Shown: one piece after another, positions 48,646-58,356 of the stretch | Position numbering within the stretch: the first letter of the stretch is position 1 | Layout of the letters: the number at the start of each line of letters is the position of its first letter | Source: an uncultured delta proteobacterium | GTDB lineage: Bacteria; Myxococcota_A; Polyangia; Polyangiales; Polyangiaceae | NCBI GenBank assembly: GCA_963841435.1 | Contig: CAWJCS010000006.1 | Location: 192,001-256,000, forward strand | Direction of reading: 5' to 3' | DNA length: 64,000 bases | Made by a program: the position numbers and the translations under genes | Notes under the pieces: model-generated | Told to the model about the DNA's origin: nothing | Databases searched by the model: none | Seen by the model: the letters and a program-made list of their open reading frames with translations, nothing else

Positions 48646-50025
48646 ATGCCGACCGATCTCGCATCGAGCCCGCCCGCTGGGTCGGGCCGGCCCGGGAAGG
48701 AGGCCGATGACCGCACGCTCGCCAACGAGCTCTTCGACCGCCTCTTCCCGATCTGCCGGAGCATTACCGGTCCGGGCATCGAACAGAGCTTGCACATTCT
48801 CGGGGAGGTACTGCCGCTCGAGCTCGTGCGCGTGCCCACTGGCACCCAGGTCTTCGACTGGACGATCCCACCCGAATGGCACTTGCGGGCCGCGCGCCTG
48901 AGCGGGCCGGACGGCCGCACGATCGCCGACGCAGCGACATCCAATCTCGCGATCGTCAACTTCTCGATCGGCGTCGATCGGCGCCTGTCGCTCGCCGAGC
49001 TCCGGGCGCATCTGCACTCCATCCCGCAGCTACCGGAGGCCGTTCCCTACGTCACGAGCTACTACGACAGGGGGTGGGGCTTTTGCCTGCCCCACCGCGT
49101 GCTCGAGGGGCTGGAGGAAGGGGAGTACCACGCGTTCATCGACGCCGAGCACCGAGACGGGCACCTGGTCTACGCCCACGGCACGCTGCCGGGGCGCACC
49201 TCGCGGGAAGTGCTGCTCACCTCGTACGCCTGCCACCCCTCGCTCGCGAACAACGAGCTCAGCGGCCCAATCGTACTTGCGTTGCTCTGGCGCCGGCTCG
49301 CGGCGTGGCCGAGCCGACGCTACACCTATCGTTTTCTAGTCGGGCCCGAGACCATCGGGGCGATCGCCTACCTTGCCGAGCACGGCGAGCACCTGCGCGC
49401 GAAGCTCGATGCAGGGCTGGTGCTCACCTGTGTCGGCGGCCCGATCACTCGCTTGAGCTACAAGACGACGCGCCGCGAGACCGCGCTCATCGACCGCACG
49501 GTCTTGGCGCTCAAAGATTAGGGAGATCTACAGATCGAGATCCGCCCCTTCGTGCCGCGGGGCTCGGACGAGCGGCAATACAACTCCCCCGGTTTCAATC
49601 TGCCGGTCGGCCAGATCGCCCGAAGCGTCTACGGCGAATACGAGGGCTATCACAACTCACTCGACACCAAGGCGTTCATGAGTATCGACTCGCTGGTCAA
49701 CAGCGCGAATCGCATCGAGCGGTTGCTCGAGGCCTTCGAAGGGGCAGGTCGTTTCCGCAACCTGAAGCCGTTCGGCGAGGTCCAGCTCGGTCGTCGGGGA
49801 CTCTACCCCAACAAGGTTGGCATGGGCGCTCGACGCGACGGAGACGCGTCGGCGGACGAACGGACGTTCGCAAGCCGCGTGGTGACGGTTCTCAACTACG
49901 GCGACGGCGAGCACGATATGATCGACATCGCCGCGCGCTGCGGCTGCCGCTTGCAGGAGCTTTCACCCGTGATCCAGCGACTCGAAGAGGCGGGACTCGT
50001 CGAGCTCTGCGGGGAGCCGCGATGA
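48646..50025 (+). pseudogene. DUF4910-like aminopeptidase-fold protein interrupted by an in-frame TAG at 49519-49521
   Basis: FPICRSITG, PYVTSYY, CHPSLANNELSG and PETIG before the stop. The same frame continues GDLQIEIRPFVPRGSDERQYNSPG...YHNSLD with a C-terminal wHTH. Confidence 0.88.
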
Positions 50026-50819
50026 AGGTCGTTGCGCTCACCGGAGACGGCCCTCGGCATGCCTACATCGCGGCGGTGCTCGCTCGCGCGGGGTTGCTCG
50101 CAGGGCACGTCGTACAGACGCGCGAGCCGGCTCTGCCAGAGCCACCGCGCGGCATCGGACCCGAGCTCACGGCGCTGTTCGTGCGTCATTTCTCCGATCG
50201 CCAACGGATCGAGCAAGGCTTCTTCGCGAGCTTCGTGGAGCCGCACCCCGGTACCGCCGTGGTGCAGGTCTCACGACACGAGATTTCAGGGCCAAAGACG
50301 TGGGAGCTCATCGCTCGCGTGGCTCCCGACCTCGTGATCTCCTACGGAGTCGCGCGACTGGACGAGTCGACTCTCGCTCGCATGCCCGAAGCCCGTTGGA
50401 ACGTGCACGGCGGCTTGTCGCCCGCTTACCGTGGCGTCGCGACTCACTTCTGGCCGAGCTACATGCTCGAGCCACAGATGACCGGCATGACGCTCCACGA
50501 GCTCACCGAACGGCTGGATGGCGGCCCCATCGTCCATCAATCGGTCGGGCCACTCGTGGCGGGCGACGGGATCCACGAGCTCGCTTGCCGAACGGTGGAG
50601 CGCTTCGGCAGCGAGCTCGTGCGGGTGATCGAGCTTTTCGCCGCCGGCCGACTGACAGCGCCGAGGCCCCAGGAATCTGCCGGCAAGCTTTGGCTCGGTC
50701 GCGACTTTCGCCCCGAGCACCTGCGCCTGATCTACCAGACCTACCAAAACCGCATCGTCAACGCCTACCTCGGAGGTGAGCTACTCCCGCGCGAACCGAA
50801 GCTCTTGCGGCAGCTCTGA
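50022..50819 (+). CDS. Formyltransferase family protein
   Basis: NVHGGLSPAYRG and TLHELTERLDGG; ATGA overlap. Confidence 0.88.
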   Translation: MKVVALTGDGPRHAYIAAVLARAGLLAGHVVQTREPALPEPPRGIGPELTALFVRHFSDRQRIEQGFFASFVEPHPGTAVVQVSRHEISGPKTWELIARVAPDLVISYGVARLDESTLARMPEARWNVHGGLSPAYRGVATHFWPSYMLEPQMTGMTLHELTERLDGGPIVHQSVGPLVAGDGIHELACRTVERFGSELVRVIELFAAGRLTAPRPQESAGKLWLGRDFRPEHLRLIYQTYQNRIVNAYLGGELLPREPKLLRQL

Positions 50820-50911
50820 GGCCTAGCAGTGATCCATTCTGGCGGGCGGGCGAGATCCACCCTTTGTTGCATGGGTGCGGACGAGGTGGCGAGATCGTGA
50901 AATGGCGCTCT

Positions 50912-52300
50912 TCACGGCGCGTTCGTTTCCGCGAGCCACTGCTTGGTCTTCGTCCCGAAGTCGTTGAGCGAGGTGAAATTCGCGTCGGTGAACATGGGCG
51001 GAGCCCAGCCGTTGTCCGTGACCCAGGCCGACCAGCTCGCCCCGTTGCCGTCGACCGTGGAGCGGAAATTGGCAAACCACATCGGGTCGTTCGTGCCACC
51101 GATCGCGTCGTTCGAAGCGAGGATGTAGCCCCATTCGGTGATGAACACGGGCACCTTGGCGGTCGCCGTCGCGAGCTGCTGCTCGGTCGTCGGGTCCCAG
51201 TTCCCAGGGTAGATGTGCATCGTGTACATCAGGTTCTCGCCCGTGAGCGGCGAGCTCGACGCATCACCCGGCTTCTGACACCAAGACATCGACGGCACGA
51301 TGACGATGTTGGCGGGCGCCGCGCTCCGGATCGTGTCCACCCACGCTTGCGCGCGCGGCTTGAAGGTGGCCCACGGCGTGCTGGCGTCCATCGGCTCGTT
51401 GAACGGCTCGTAGAGCACGTTGCTTCGATCCGCGTATTTGGGCGCCATGTACTGCCAGAACGCGGTGGCCTCCGACGCCGAGTCCCCGTCCGTGTCGTCG
51501 ATCTGGTGAAAATCGAGAATGACGTAGTAACCCTTCTCGGTGAAGTAATCGACCGAGGGGTCGAGCAGGTCCGACACGTACTGGTCCGCGCTCGGCCCGT
51601 TCTGCTGCCCGCCCGCGCCACTCGGGAACGGGTAGGGCGACGCGTACGGGTAGTTGCCGTTGTGCGAGACGCGCGGGTAGACCGGAATGCGTACGACCTT
51701 CGGCTCGAACCCGGCCGCGAGGATCTTGTCGATGCGCGTCTTCACCGCGCCAAAATCGTGGTCGGCGTACGCGTAGACTTGGCCGAGATCGATGAAGTCG
51801 ATGCCGCGCAACACGACCGTGTTGCCGCCGGCGTCGACGAGCTTCGGGCCTTCGACGTGGAGCGGTGGAATGCCGTTCGTGCCGCCGCCGCCCGTGCCGC
51901 CTTGGGGCATACCGGCGCCGCCGCTCGTGGTCCCGCCGCTACCCGCCGTGCCGCCTTGAGGCATGCCGGCGCTGCCGCTCGTGGTCCCGCCGCCGCCCCC
52001 CGAGCCGCCGGGGGCCGCGCCTGCAGTCGAGCCACCATTCCCGCCGGTACCGGGTCCGCCGGACGCTGCGCCGCCGCCCATGCCCTTGCCGGCCGCACCG
52101 CTCGCGCCACCCGATGCGGTGCTGCCACCCGATGCGGCGCTGCTGCCACCCGAGCTCGCCCCGCTCGCCCCGCTCGTGTTTCCGGAACCGCCGGACCCTG
52201 CGCCGGCGCTCGCGTCATCGTCGTCACCGGAGCTCTTCGAGCTGCAAGCGACGAGGAGAAGGAAGGCGGAGCAAAGGGTGTAACGGGGAAAGGTGCGCAT
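50912..52300 (-). CDS. GH5 endoglucanase, lipoprotein with Gly-rich linker
   Basis: FLLLVAC lipobox; VILDFH, YEPFNEP, HIY and FITEWG. Confidence 0.92.
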   Translation of the reverse strand: MRTFPRYTLCSAFLLLVACSSKSSGDDDDASAGAGSGGSGNTSGASGASSGGSSAASGGSTASGGASGAAGKGMGGGAASGGPGTGGNGGSTAGAAPGGSGGGGGTTSGSAGMPQGGTAGSGGTTSGGAGMPQGGTGGGGTNGIPPLHVEGPKLVDAGGNTVVLRGIDFIDLGQVYAYADHDFGAVKTRIDKILAAGFEPKVVRIPVYPRVSHNGNYPYASPYPFPSGAGGQQNGPSADQYVSDLLDPSVDYFTEKGYYVILDFHQIDDTDGDSASEATAFWQYMAPKYADRSNVLYEPFNEPMDASTPWATFKPRAQAWVDTIRSAAPANIVIVPSMSWCQKPGDASSSPLTGENLMYTMHIYPGNWDPTTEQQLATATAKVPVFITEWGYILASNDAIGGTNDPMWFANFRSTVDGNGASWSAWVTDNGWAPPMFTDANFTSLNDFGTKTKQWLAETNAP

Positions 52301-52413
52301 ATCGGGGAAGCGGATAAGCATGAGCCAGACGAGAGAGCGAGGCCAGGCGCTCGGCGGTGCCATGGCCGGAGGCGCGATGAGAAAAGTGCGGCCGGGTGCT
52401 GAGCTCGCGCCGC

Positions 52414-53061
52414 TCAGCCCGCGAGCGGGGTGCAATCCGAGTACGCGCACACGGTGCTCTTGCCCTGCCCCACGCTGATCCAGATGTTGCCGAAGATCCG
52501 GCAATCGAGCGTGTCGAGCAACTCGAGCCTCCGTGCCCGGCGCGGGCGGCGTGGTCCTGCAGGACTCCGGTGCGTAGAAGGGGCAGGCGTAGCGCCAGCC
52601 CGTGCGAAGATCTTCGAGGACGGCGTTGCTCTCGGCGTCGATGCTCACGAAACGCATGGTGTCGCCGAGCTCCGGACAGACGCCGACGCACGTACCGCTC
52701 ACGCAGCCGCCGCCGCACGGGATCGAGACGCTCGTGACCATCCCGGTCACGGTGTAGATCGCGGCGCCGGGATCGGAGCCGCCGCCCACGCTCTGTTGAG
52801 TGCTCTCGCACTTGTAGTCGATGAGATCGCCGCTCGAGTCGCACTCGTCGCTGAAGGTGCCATTCCCGCGCCTGCCGCCGCGCCATTCCCACTCGAACCA
52901 GCCCGTGCGGAAGACCCGCCGGCTCCGGCCGTGGCTGCGGATGCTCCGCTCCCGCCTTGCGTTTCGACCGAGTCGCTGCCGGAGGAGCCGCAGGCGAAGG
53001 CCGCCGGCGCAAGAACGCCGAGAAGTGCCAGCCTGTGCCACCCCACACGGAAGAAAGGCAT
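52414..53061 (-). pseudogene. Cys-rich lipoprotein with two frameshifts (~52870 and ~52530)
   Basis: LAPAAFAC signal in frame 1, FSDECDSSGDLIDYKCE...CVGVCP in frame 2, and LELLDTLDCRIFGNIW...CAYSDCTPLAG* in frame 3. Confidence 0.65.
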
Positions 53062-53113
53062 CTTTGGTTCGCGTGCAACCACCGTGCCGGCGCGGGCAAC
53101 TGGGCCACCGGGA

Positions 53114-53300
53114 GGTAGGCACCCGGCTTGTACCGGTAGGCACCCGGCTGTACCCCCTCAGACGGCGTACTTGCTGTCTCAGACGGCGTACTTGCTGTCT
53201 CAGACGGCGTACTTGCTGTCTCAGACGGCGTACTTGCTGTCTCAGACGGCGTACTTGCTGTCTCAGATGGCCTACTTGCTGTCTCGGACGGCCTACCTGC
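53114..53300. repeat. Intergenic tandem repeats: two ~21-bp units followed by ~7 copies of ctcagacggcgtacttgctgt
   Basis: Perfect 21-mers at 53157, 53178, 53199, 53220 and 53241; variants at 53262 and 53283; preceded by ggtaggcacccggct(t)gtacc twice. Confidence 0.95.
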
Positions 53301-53525
53301 GAGCGCGCCGACGCTGCCGCACGAGGGCGACTCGTCTCGTCGGCCTCCGGCAGGTCTCGAGGGTCCTCACGAGTCTGTTGGCACCGACCGAATCGCCGGG
53401 CGCGGGGCAGCGAGCCGTCAGCGGAGTGCGCACGGGCCGGAGCCGTGCGCTCGGAGCCTCGGCAAACGTGTAGCGACGAGAGGCTGCGCGCATCGTTCGG
53501 CTCGTTGCGTGGTAGCGTTCGATTC

Positions 53526-54584
53526 GTGCGGGCGCGCGCGTACCTCGTGGCTGCGGCGGTGGCGTGGCCAGTGAGCGTGGCGTCGGCCGAGACGCCGGGA
53601 GCGAGCGAGGGGACGCCGCCCGAGTGCTCGGAGGCCGCGCAGGCGCTCAAGACCTACGTGCTCAGGCGCGAAACCGAGGCGCGGACGTGGCCGGGGCGTG
53701 ATCCGGCGCATCTGCTCCGCGCGATCTCACCAGCTTGCCGGCGGGCCGTGACGGAGGGTCAGTGGCGCGAGCTTGCCAGCACGCTGCTGCCGCTGGCGGA
53801 GACGGACGACGCGCTCAAGGGCGCGACGTGCGAGCTTTCCCCCCCGGAAGCCTTCGACCGCATCACCGAGTGGGTCCAGGTGCCGACCGACCACGAGAGC
53901 TACGTCTACGACGCGGTCTGTGCGGAGGCGCTGTTTCGTCACCGCCGCAGCGATTTCGATCGCATCGTGGCTCCCTCACTTTCGGCTACGCAAGGGCCAT
54001 TCGTGCCGGGCGTGGTGCAGCGCTTGGCAGAGCGATTGCGTCCCGAGGAGCGCGGCGTGCTGCTCCCCGCTCTGGAGGCTGCGACCCAAGCGAGAGCGGG
54101 CGGCCGAGACGACCTCTTCCGGGTGGTTTGTAGCGCCGAGGCGGTTCGTGTCGCCCCACCCTGCCGCGCTCCCGCTCACCTCAAGGACGAGTGGGTGGAC
54201 GCCGACCGCGTCCGACAGGTCGCTCCCGCGTTCGCCGTTCACGTCGGCGGCGCGCTCCTCTACGCCGCCGCGTGCTTTCTCCTCGCGCGCCGGTCACCCA
54301 CCAGCTGGCCCGCGCTTGGCATGGGCATGGTCGGCGCGATCGGCCTTGCGATCGCGCTGGTCTGGATGATCCTGGCCGACCCACTGGACGGGCCCGGAGA
54401 GACGAGTGGGATCGGTGTCCTCCAGGCCATCTTGGCGACCCCGGTCGCGGCAGTGGTCGGAGCCGTCAGTGCGTGGTTGGTCATTGCCCGGGCGAAGGCG
54501 CCCGCGCTGCCTCTATGCCTCGGGCTGGCGGCGCTCTACGCGTTCGTCGCAGGAACGTACGCGTGCCACTCCTCCGGCTACTGA
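53526..54584 (+). CDS. Hypothetical exported protein with about four C-terminal TM helices
   Basis: Signal-like YLVAAAVAWPVSVASA, a helical Cys-containing domain and a hydrophobic C-terminus. Confidence 0.65.
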   Translation: MRARAYLVAAAVAWPVSVASAETPGASEGTPPECSEAAQALKTYVLRRETEARTWPGRDPAHLLRAISPACRRAVTEGQWRELASTLLPLAETDDALKGATCELSPPEAFDRITEWVQVPTDHESYVYDAVCAEALFRHRRSDFDRIVAPSLSATQGPFVPGVVQRLAERLRPEERGVLLPALEAATQARAGGRDDLFRVVCSAEAVRVAPPCRAPAHLKDEWVDADRVRQVAPAFAVHVGGALLYAAACFLLARRSPTSWPALGMGMVGAIGLAIALVWMILADPLDGPGETSGIGVLQAILATPVAAVVGAVSAWLVIARAKAPALPLCLGLAALYAFVAGTYACHSSGY

Positions 54585-55814
54585 TGGGCGGATGCAGCGG
54601 GACCACGGGGACCTGGTTCGGTCGCTTCTGCAAAGTGGCATCCGCGGCGTGCTCGTGCGCTTCGCTCGAGAGGTAAGTGGACGACGCCGGAGCGCCGCAA
54701 GCCCCAGCATGAGCCACAGCGACGCGCCCGATCTCGGCGCGTGCCCTGGCCGCACGCTGCAGCCAATCGTGCCCTCCACGTTCGACGTGGCCGTGTCACT
54801 CTCGGGCTCGTTGTCCGGGGTCGCGACGCCCGCGGTTCCCGCCGGCGAGGATGGCTCACTTGCGCCTGCACCGCCGGTCTCGCTCACGCTCGCGCCGCCA
54901 TTGCCCGCGCCGGCTCCCGCATCGCCCGCCGCTGCGCCGCCGCTCCCCGAGGCTCCGATCCCGGCACCCCCGCTCGAGGAGCCGCCGGCAGCCGGAGCGC
55001 CACCGACACCTGAAGCGCCGGCCGACATGTCGACGGCGCCTCCGGCTCCAGCGGCGAGGCCACCCGCGGATCCGCCACTGGCCAGGCCGCCCGCGCCACC
55101 ACCTGCATCGCCCGCGCTCCCCGCGGCCCCTGCGAGCCCGTCGCTCGCGCCAGCTGTCCCACCGCTCCCCGCCGAGCCACCCGTCGCCGTGGCTCCGCCC
55201 GCGCCAGGGGCGCCCCCCGCCGACCCGTCATTCGCCACTGCGTGCAGGAAGCACGTTGCGCAGCTCTGGTTGGACGAGCGGCGGCCCGCGCGGTTCTCCT
55301 CCACGATCGTCACTTTGGCGGCGACGGCATCCACGGTATCGATGACCGCGATGTGGCCCGTCGAGGCGTCGGCGCCGCACACGCCGCCCGCAAAGACGAT
55401 CAGATCGCCGTGTACGGGCGTCGGCGAGATGGTGAGGTTCGCCGGTAGCGCTCCGTCGCACCATTCTTGAGCGTCGCCGGAGCGGTACGACACGTTCCAG
55501 CGGAAGTACAGGTACCGGTAGGCGAGCTCGGTGCACTGGTAGCCGCCGCCGCGCTGTGTACGCACCCAGTCAGCGTCGATTTGCGTGAGACTCGTGTCCA
55601 CCCCGTTGTTCGACCAGATCGACGCGTTGGTCGTGGTGTCGCATTGGGCGTAGGCCGGGATGCCGTTGACCTGGCGATTCTCGGGCACGACCTCGCTGCA
55701 GATGTCGAGGGCGTCGCTGGCTTCGCCGAGCTCGTCTCCGCTTGGCGGCGCGCCGCAGCCGAGCAGTGCCAGGAGGGCGGGGAGTGACCGAAGCGCAAGC
55801 GATCGGAGCTGCAT
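54513..55814 (-). CDS. CHAP domain protein with lipobox, Gly-rich linker and MYXO-CTERM-like segment
   Basis: LLALLGC; YQCTELAYRY, GDLIVF, GHIAVI and VEEN; GCSV...LWLMLGLAALRRR. Confidence 0.88.
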   Translation of the reverse strand: MQLRSLALRSLPALLALLGCGAPPSGDELGEASDALDICSEVVPENRQVNGIPAYAQCDTTTNASIWSNNGVDTSLTQIDADWVRTQRGGGYQCTELAYRYLYFRWNVSYRSGDAQEWCDGALPANLTISPTPVHGDLIVFAGGVCGADASTGHIAVIDTVDAVAAKVTIVEENRAGRRSSNQSCATCFLHAVANDGSAGGAPGAGGATATGGSAGSGGTAGASDGLAGAAGSAGDAGGGAGGLASGGSAGGLAAGAGGAVDMSAGASGVGGAPAAGGSSSGGAGIGASGSGGAAAGDAGAGAGNGGASVSETGGAGASEPSSPAGTAGVATPDNEPESDTATSNVEGTIGCSVRPGHAPRSGASLWLMLGLAALRRRPLTSRAKRTSTPRMPLCRSDRTRSPWSRCIRPSVAGGVARVRSCDERVERRQPEA

Positions 55815-55892
55815 CGTGTTGGGCGGAGCTTGGGCGCCTTGTCGCGAGCGGGGGAGATGTCCAATGGGGCATCCCGGAAACTTCCAACGGGG

Positions 55893-56694
55893 CTACTCCG
55901 TCGCGATGGTCACGATCGAAACCTCAGCCGCTCGGCCGACCCCGACGTCCAGGTAAACGCCGTCGGCGAGGCGCTGGCACGAGCCCACATCCGAGAGCAT
56001 GCCGGCGAGGGCTGCCTCCGCCGTCGTCCCGAGCGCATAGCTTTCACTCCACGACCGAGGCGCGTAGCCCGTCAGTGCCAGGCGCTCGCCGGTCGAGCGG
56101 CCGCTCGAGTCCACGAGCCCGAGTGCCCCGCTGCCATCGAGAATCGACTGCGAGCACGCGCGCCTCGCAGAGAAGCCGGGGGTCGAGCCGGAGTGCGCCA
56201 ACGGCCGTCGAGGGCGTCGCTCCACCGCAGGTCTCGCCGCCAGTCGTCCTCAATGACTGAACTAGTGAAAGGAGCTCGTCCTCGTGGCGCCGGTCGCCCT
56301 CGGTCCAATCGGCGACCGGCGCGCAGAAGTCATTCGCTGGGAGCGCCGCCGGTACGCACGCTCCTTCGACACAGGCCTGCTCGCTCGAGCACGTTCCTGG
56401 CTCGCAGCGCGGCAGGCACACCCCCGTGGTCGGCACCGGCGCACCGCCGCCGCAGGCCGAGGACGCCGCCGGATCGGCCGGCGGCGCGCAACGGCCGGGG
56501 CCCAGCGCGTCGCAGTCCGCGTCCGTCGCGCAGGCGAGCGTGCACGTGTTGCAGAAGCAACCGAGCGCCCCACCGCACTCGCCGTCGCTTTCGCACGCCC
56601 TGAGCCAGTTCGTGTTGCTTCCCACGTCCCGCCCCGCGAGCGGCGCGTTGCACGCAGCGAGCAGCAGGCCAAGGACCCCAATCCGGCGCCGCAT
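55893..56694 (-). pseudogene. Cys-rich lipoprotein with CAP/SCP-like domain, frameshift near 56143
   Basis: LLLAAC, Cys-rich repeats and LLSLVQSLRTTGGETCGG...LRLDPRL. It continues as GRSTGERLALTGY...DVGVG in a second frame. Confidence 0.75.
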
Positions 56695-57683
56695 CAGGGC
56701 TCGCTCTCCGACGTGACGCACTGACCGAAGTAAAACGAGACCTGGATCTCCTCACCCTCGGGCGCCGGGTGCGAAACGTTGTGGCTCTGCACCTTGTTCC
56801 AGAGCTCGTTCACCTCACCGCGGATGCGCTGCAAGAGCCCGAGCACCTCGTCGTGGTGAGGGTGCCCGGTGTGTACGAGAAACTTGAGCGTCGCGCCGCC
56901 GTTCACGTCCGCGTGGGTCGAGCGCGTGAGCCCGCGCCGGACCTTGGTGCCGATGGCTCGCACCACGGTCTGAAAATGATCGAACACGGCGGCCTCCCAG
57001 CCGTGCTCCGCGTCCACGGGCACGATCAGCGTGGCGGCGCTGAAGACCGCACCGTCCCCCTGACCCGCACGGCTCACGTGGCCGTCCGCCTCGAGCGCAG
57101 CGAGCGTTTCGGCGAGCGCCTCGTCCTTTATCCCGAGCTGCTCGCGGAGCGCGGGCCGCGTCGTGCCACCCGAGCGGTAAACCATGGCCCAAACGATCGG
57201 CGCGAGCGACTCCCGACGCTGTTCGTCGATGGCTTGCGCCAGGGCCTTTTGCCCGGAGATCCCGAACACCGCGCCGTCCCCGGAGCCCGTCCGGGACACG
57301 AGCCCGCTCGATACCAGGTCACTTAGCACCGAGCCCACGACCACCGGATCGTCGCGCACGAACCGCGCGAGGATTTCGCGTCGCGAGAGGCTTCCCGCCC
57401 CGTCCAGCGTTTCGAGCACTGCCTGCCAGAGCGTCCGGTCCCGGACGCTCACGCTCTCCGTGAGCCGCTGCACCTTCTTCTGGTAGCTCCGGATCGCGAG
57501 CCCGAACATGTCCGCCGCGACCTTGCGCGAGATGCCCTGCGCCTCGATCTCGCGCGAGAGCTCCACGAACACCTGATCGGCGATGTGCGAAAGAGGCGCC
57601 CGGATCCCCGCCGCCGTCGAGAGGTGGGCGATGAGGACCGTGGTCTGATGGACGATGGCGTCGATCAGAAGCTTCGTGTTCAC
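56694..57683 (-). CDS. Hypothetical multi-HTH/winged-helix protein
   Basis: ISRKVAADMFGLAIRSYQKK HTH and two wHTH-like segments (LSDLVSSGLV, LAALEADGHV); TGATG overlap with the downstream gene. Confidence 0.8.
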   Translation of the reverse strand: MNTKLLIDAIVHQTTVLIAHLSTAAGIRAPLSHIADQVFVELSREIEAQGISRKVAADMFGLAIRSYQKKVQRLTESVSVRDRTLWQAVLETLDGAGSLSRREILARFVRDDPVVVGSVLSDLVSSGLVSRTGSGDGAVFGISGQKALAQAIDEQRRESLAPIVWAMVYRSGGTTRPALREQLGIKDEALAETLAALEADGHVSRAGQGDGAVFSAATLIVPVDAEHGWEAAVFDHFQTVVRAIGTKVRRGLTRSTHADVNGGATLKFLVHTGHPHHDEVLGLLQRIRGEVNELWNKVQSHNVSHPAPEGEEIQVSFYFGQCVTSESEP

Positions 57684-58356
57684 GCTCGGGTGGAAGTATC
57701 ACGCGCCGAGGCCCGCGAGGAGGTGCCGCGGCCCCGCCCGAGCAGAAAAACCCCGCATCGGGTGAGCAGGTGTCCAACGGGGCACCGCCAAAAGGGAGCA
57801 GGGATCGTCCGTGCCTAAAGCGGTCCGACGCAGCGAGTCCCGAGGTCGGGCACGTCCGCAGCAGTGTCCAGCTCGAAGGCGAAGGGGGGAGTGCTCGATC
57901 AAACCGACGCGCACCGGCCTCGGGCTCTGCACTCGGTAGGAGGTTGAACTTGCTGCGCAATGGGATTGGAGGCGCGTCCGACCGCGGGCGCCATCGGCAA
58001 GTCAGCGACGCGACGGACCACCAGCCAGACGGCCGCAATCGCCAGGCCCGCAACGACCGAAAGCGCGCGGGGCGGGAAGCAGCGCGAGGGAGCGCGCGAA
58101 GCGCGTCACGCGCTCCCATGTCACGCCGTCGGTCGTCCCCGGTAGCATCGTGATTTGCAGGAGGTGGATCCCGAAAATGTCAGGGGCGAGCTCGAGGGAC
58201 TTTCGATCGACCAAGCCGCCATCGAGCTCGCGCTGCCACCCGCCGACTCGTGAAACGCCTGTGTCAACTTGGTGCTTGACGACTCGCTGGCACCGCGGTT
58301 CCGTCCGCTTCCGGTGATGCCCCAGCAGGCTCGCCCCAGAAGGGACAAAGGGCACA

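Noticed and set aside
53157-53300. Second CRISPR array
   Set aside because: The units are head-to-tail with no unique spacers.
50912-53650. Single 912-aa ORF
   Set aside because: It is a chance fusion of the tandem repeat, one frame of the broken lipoprotein and the GH5 gene, which has its own signal peptide at 52300.
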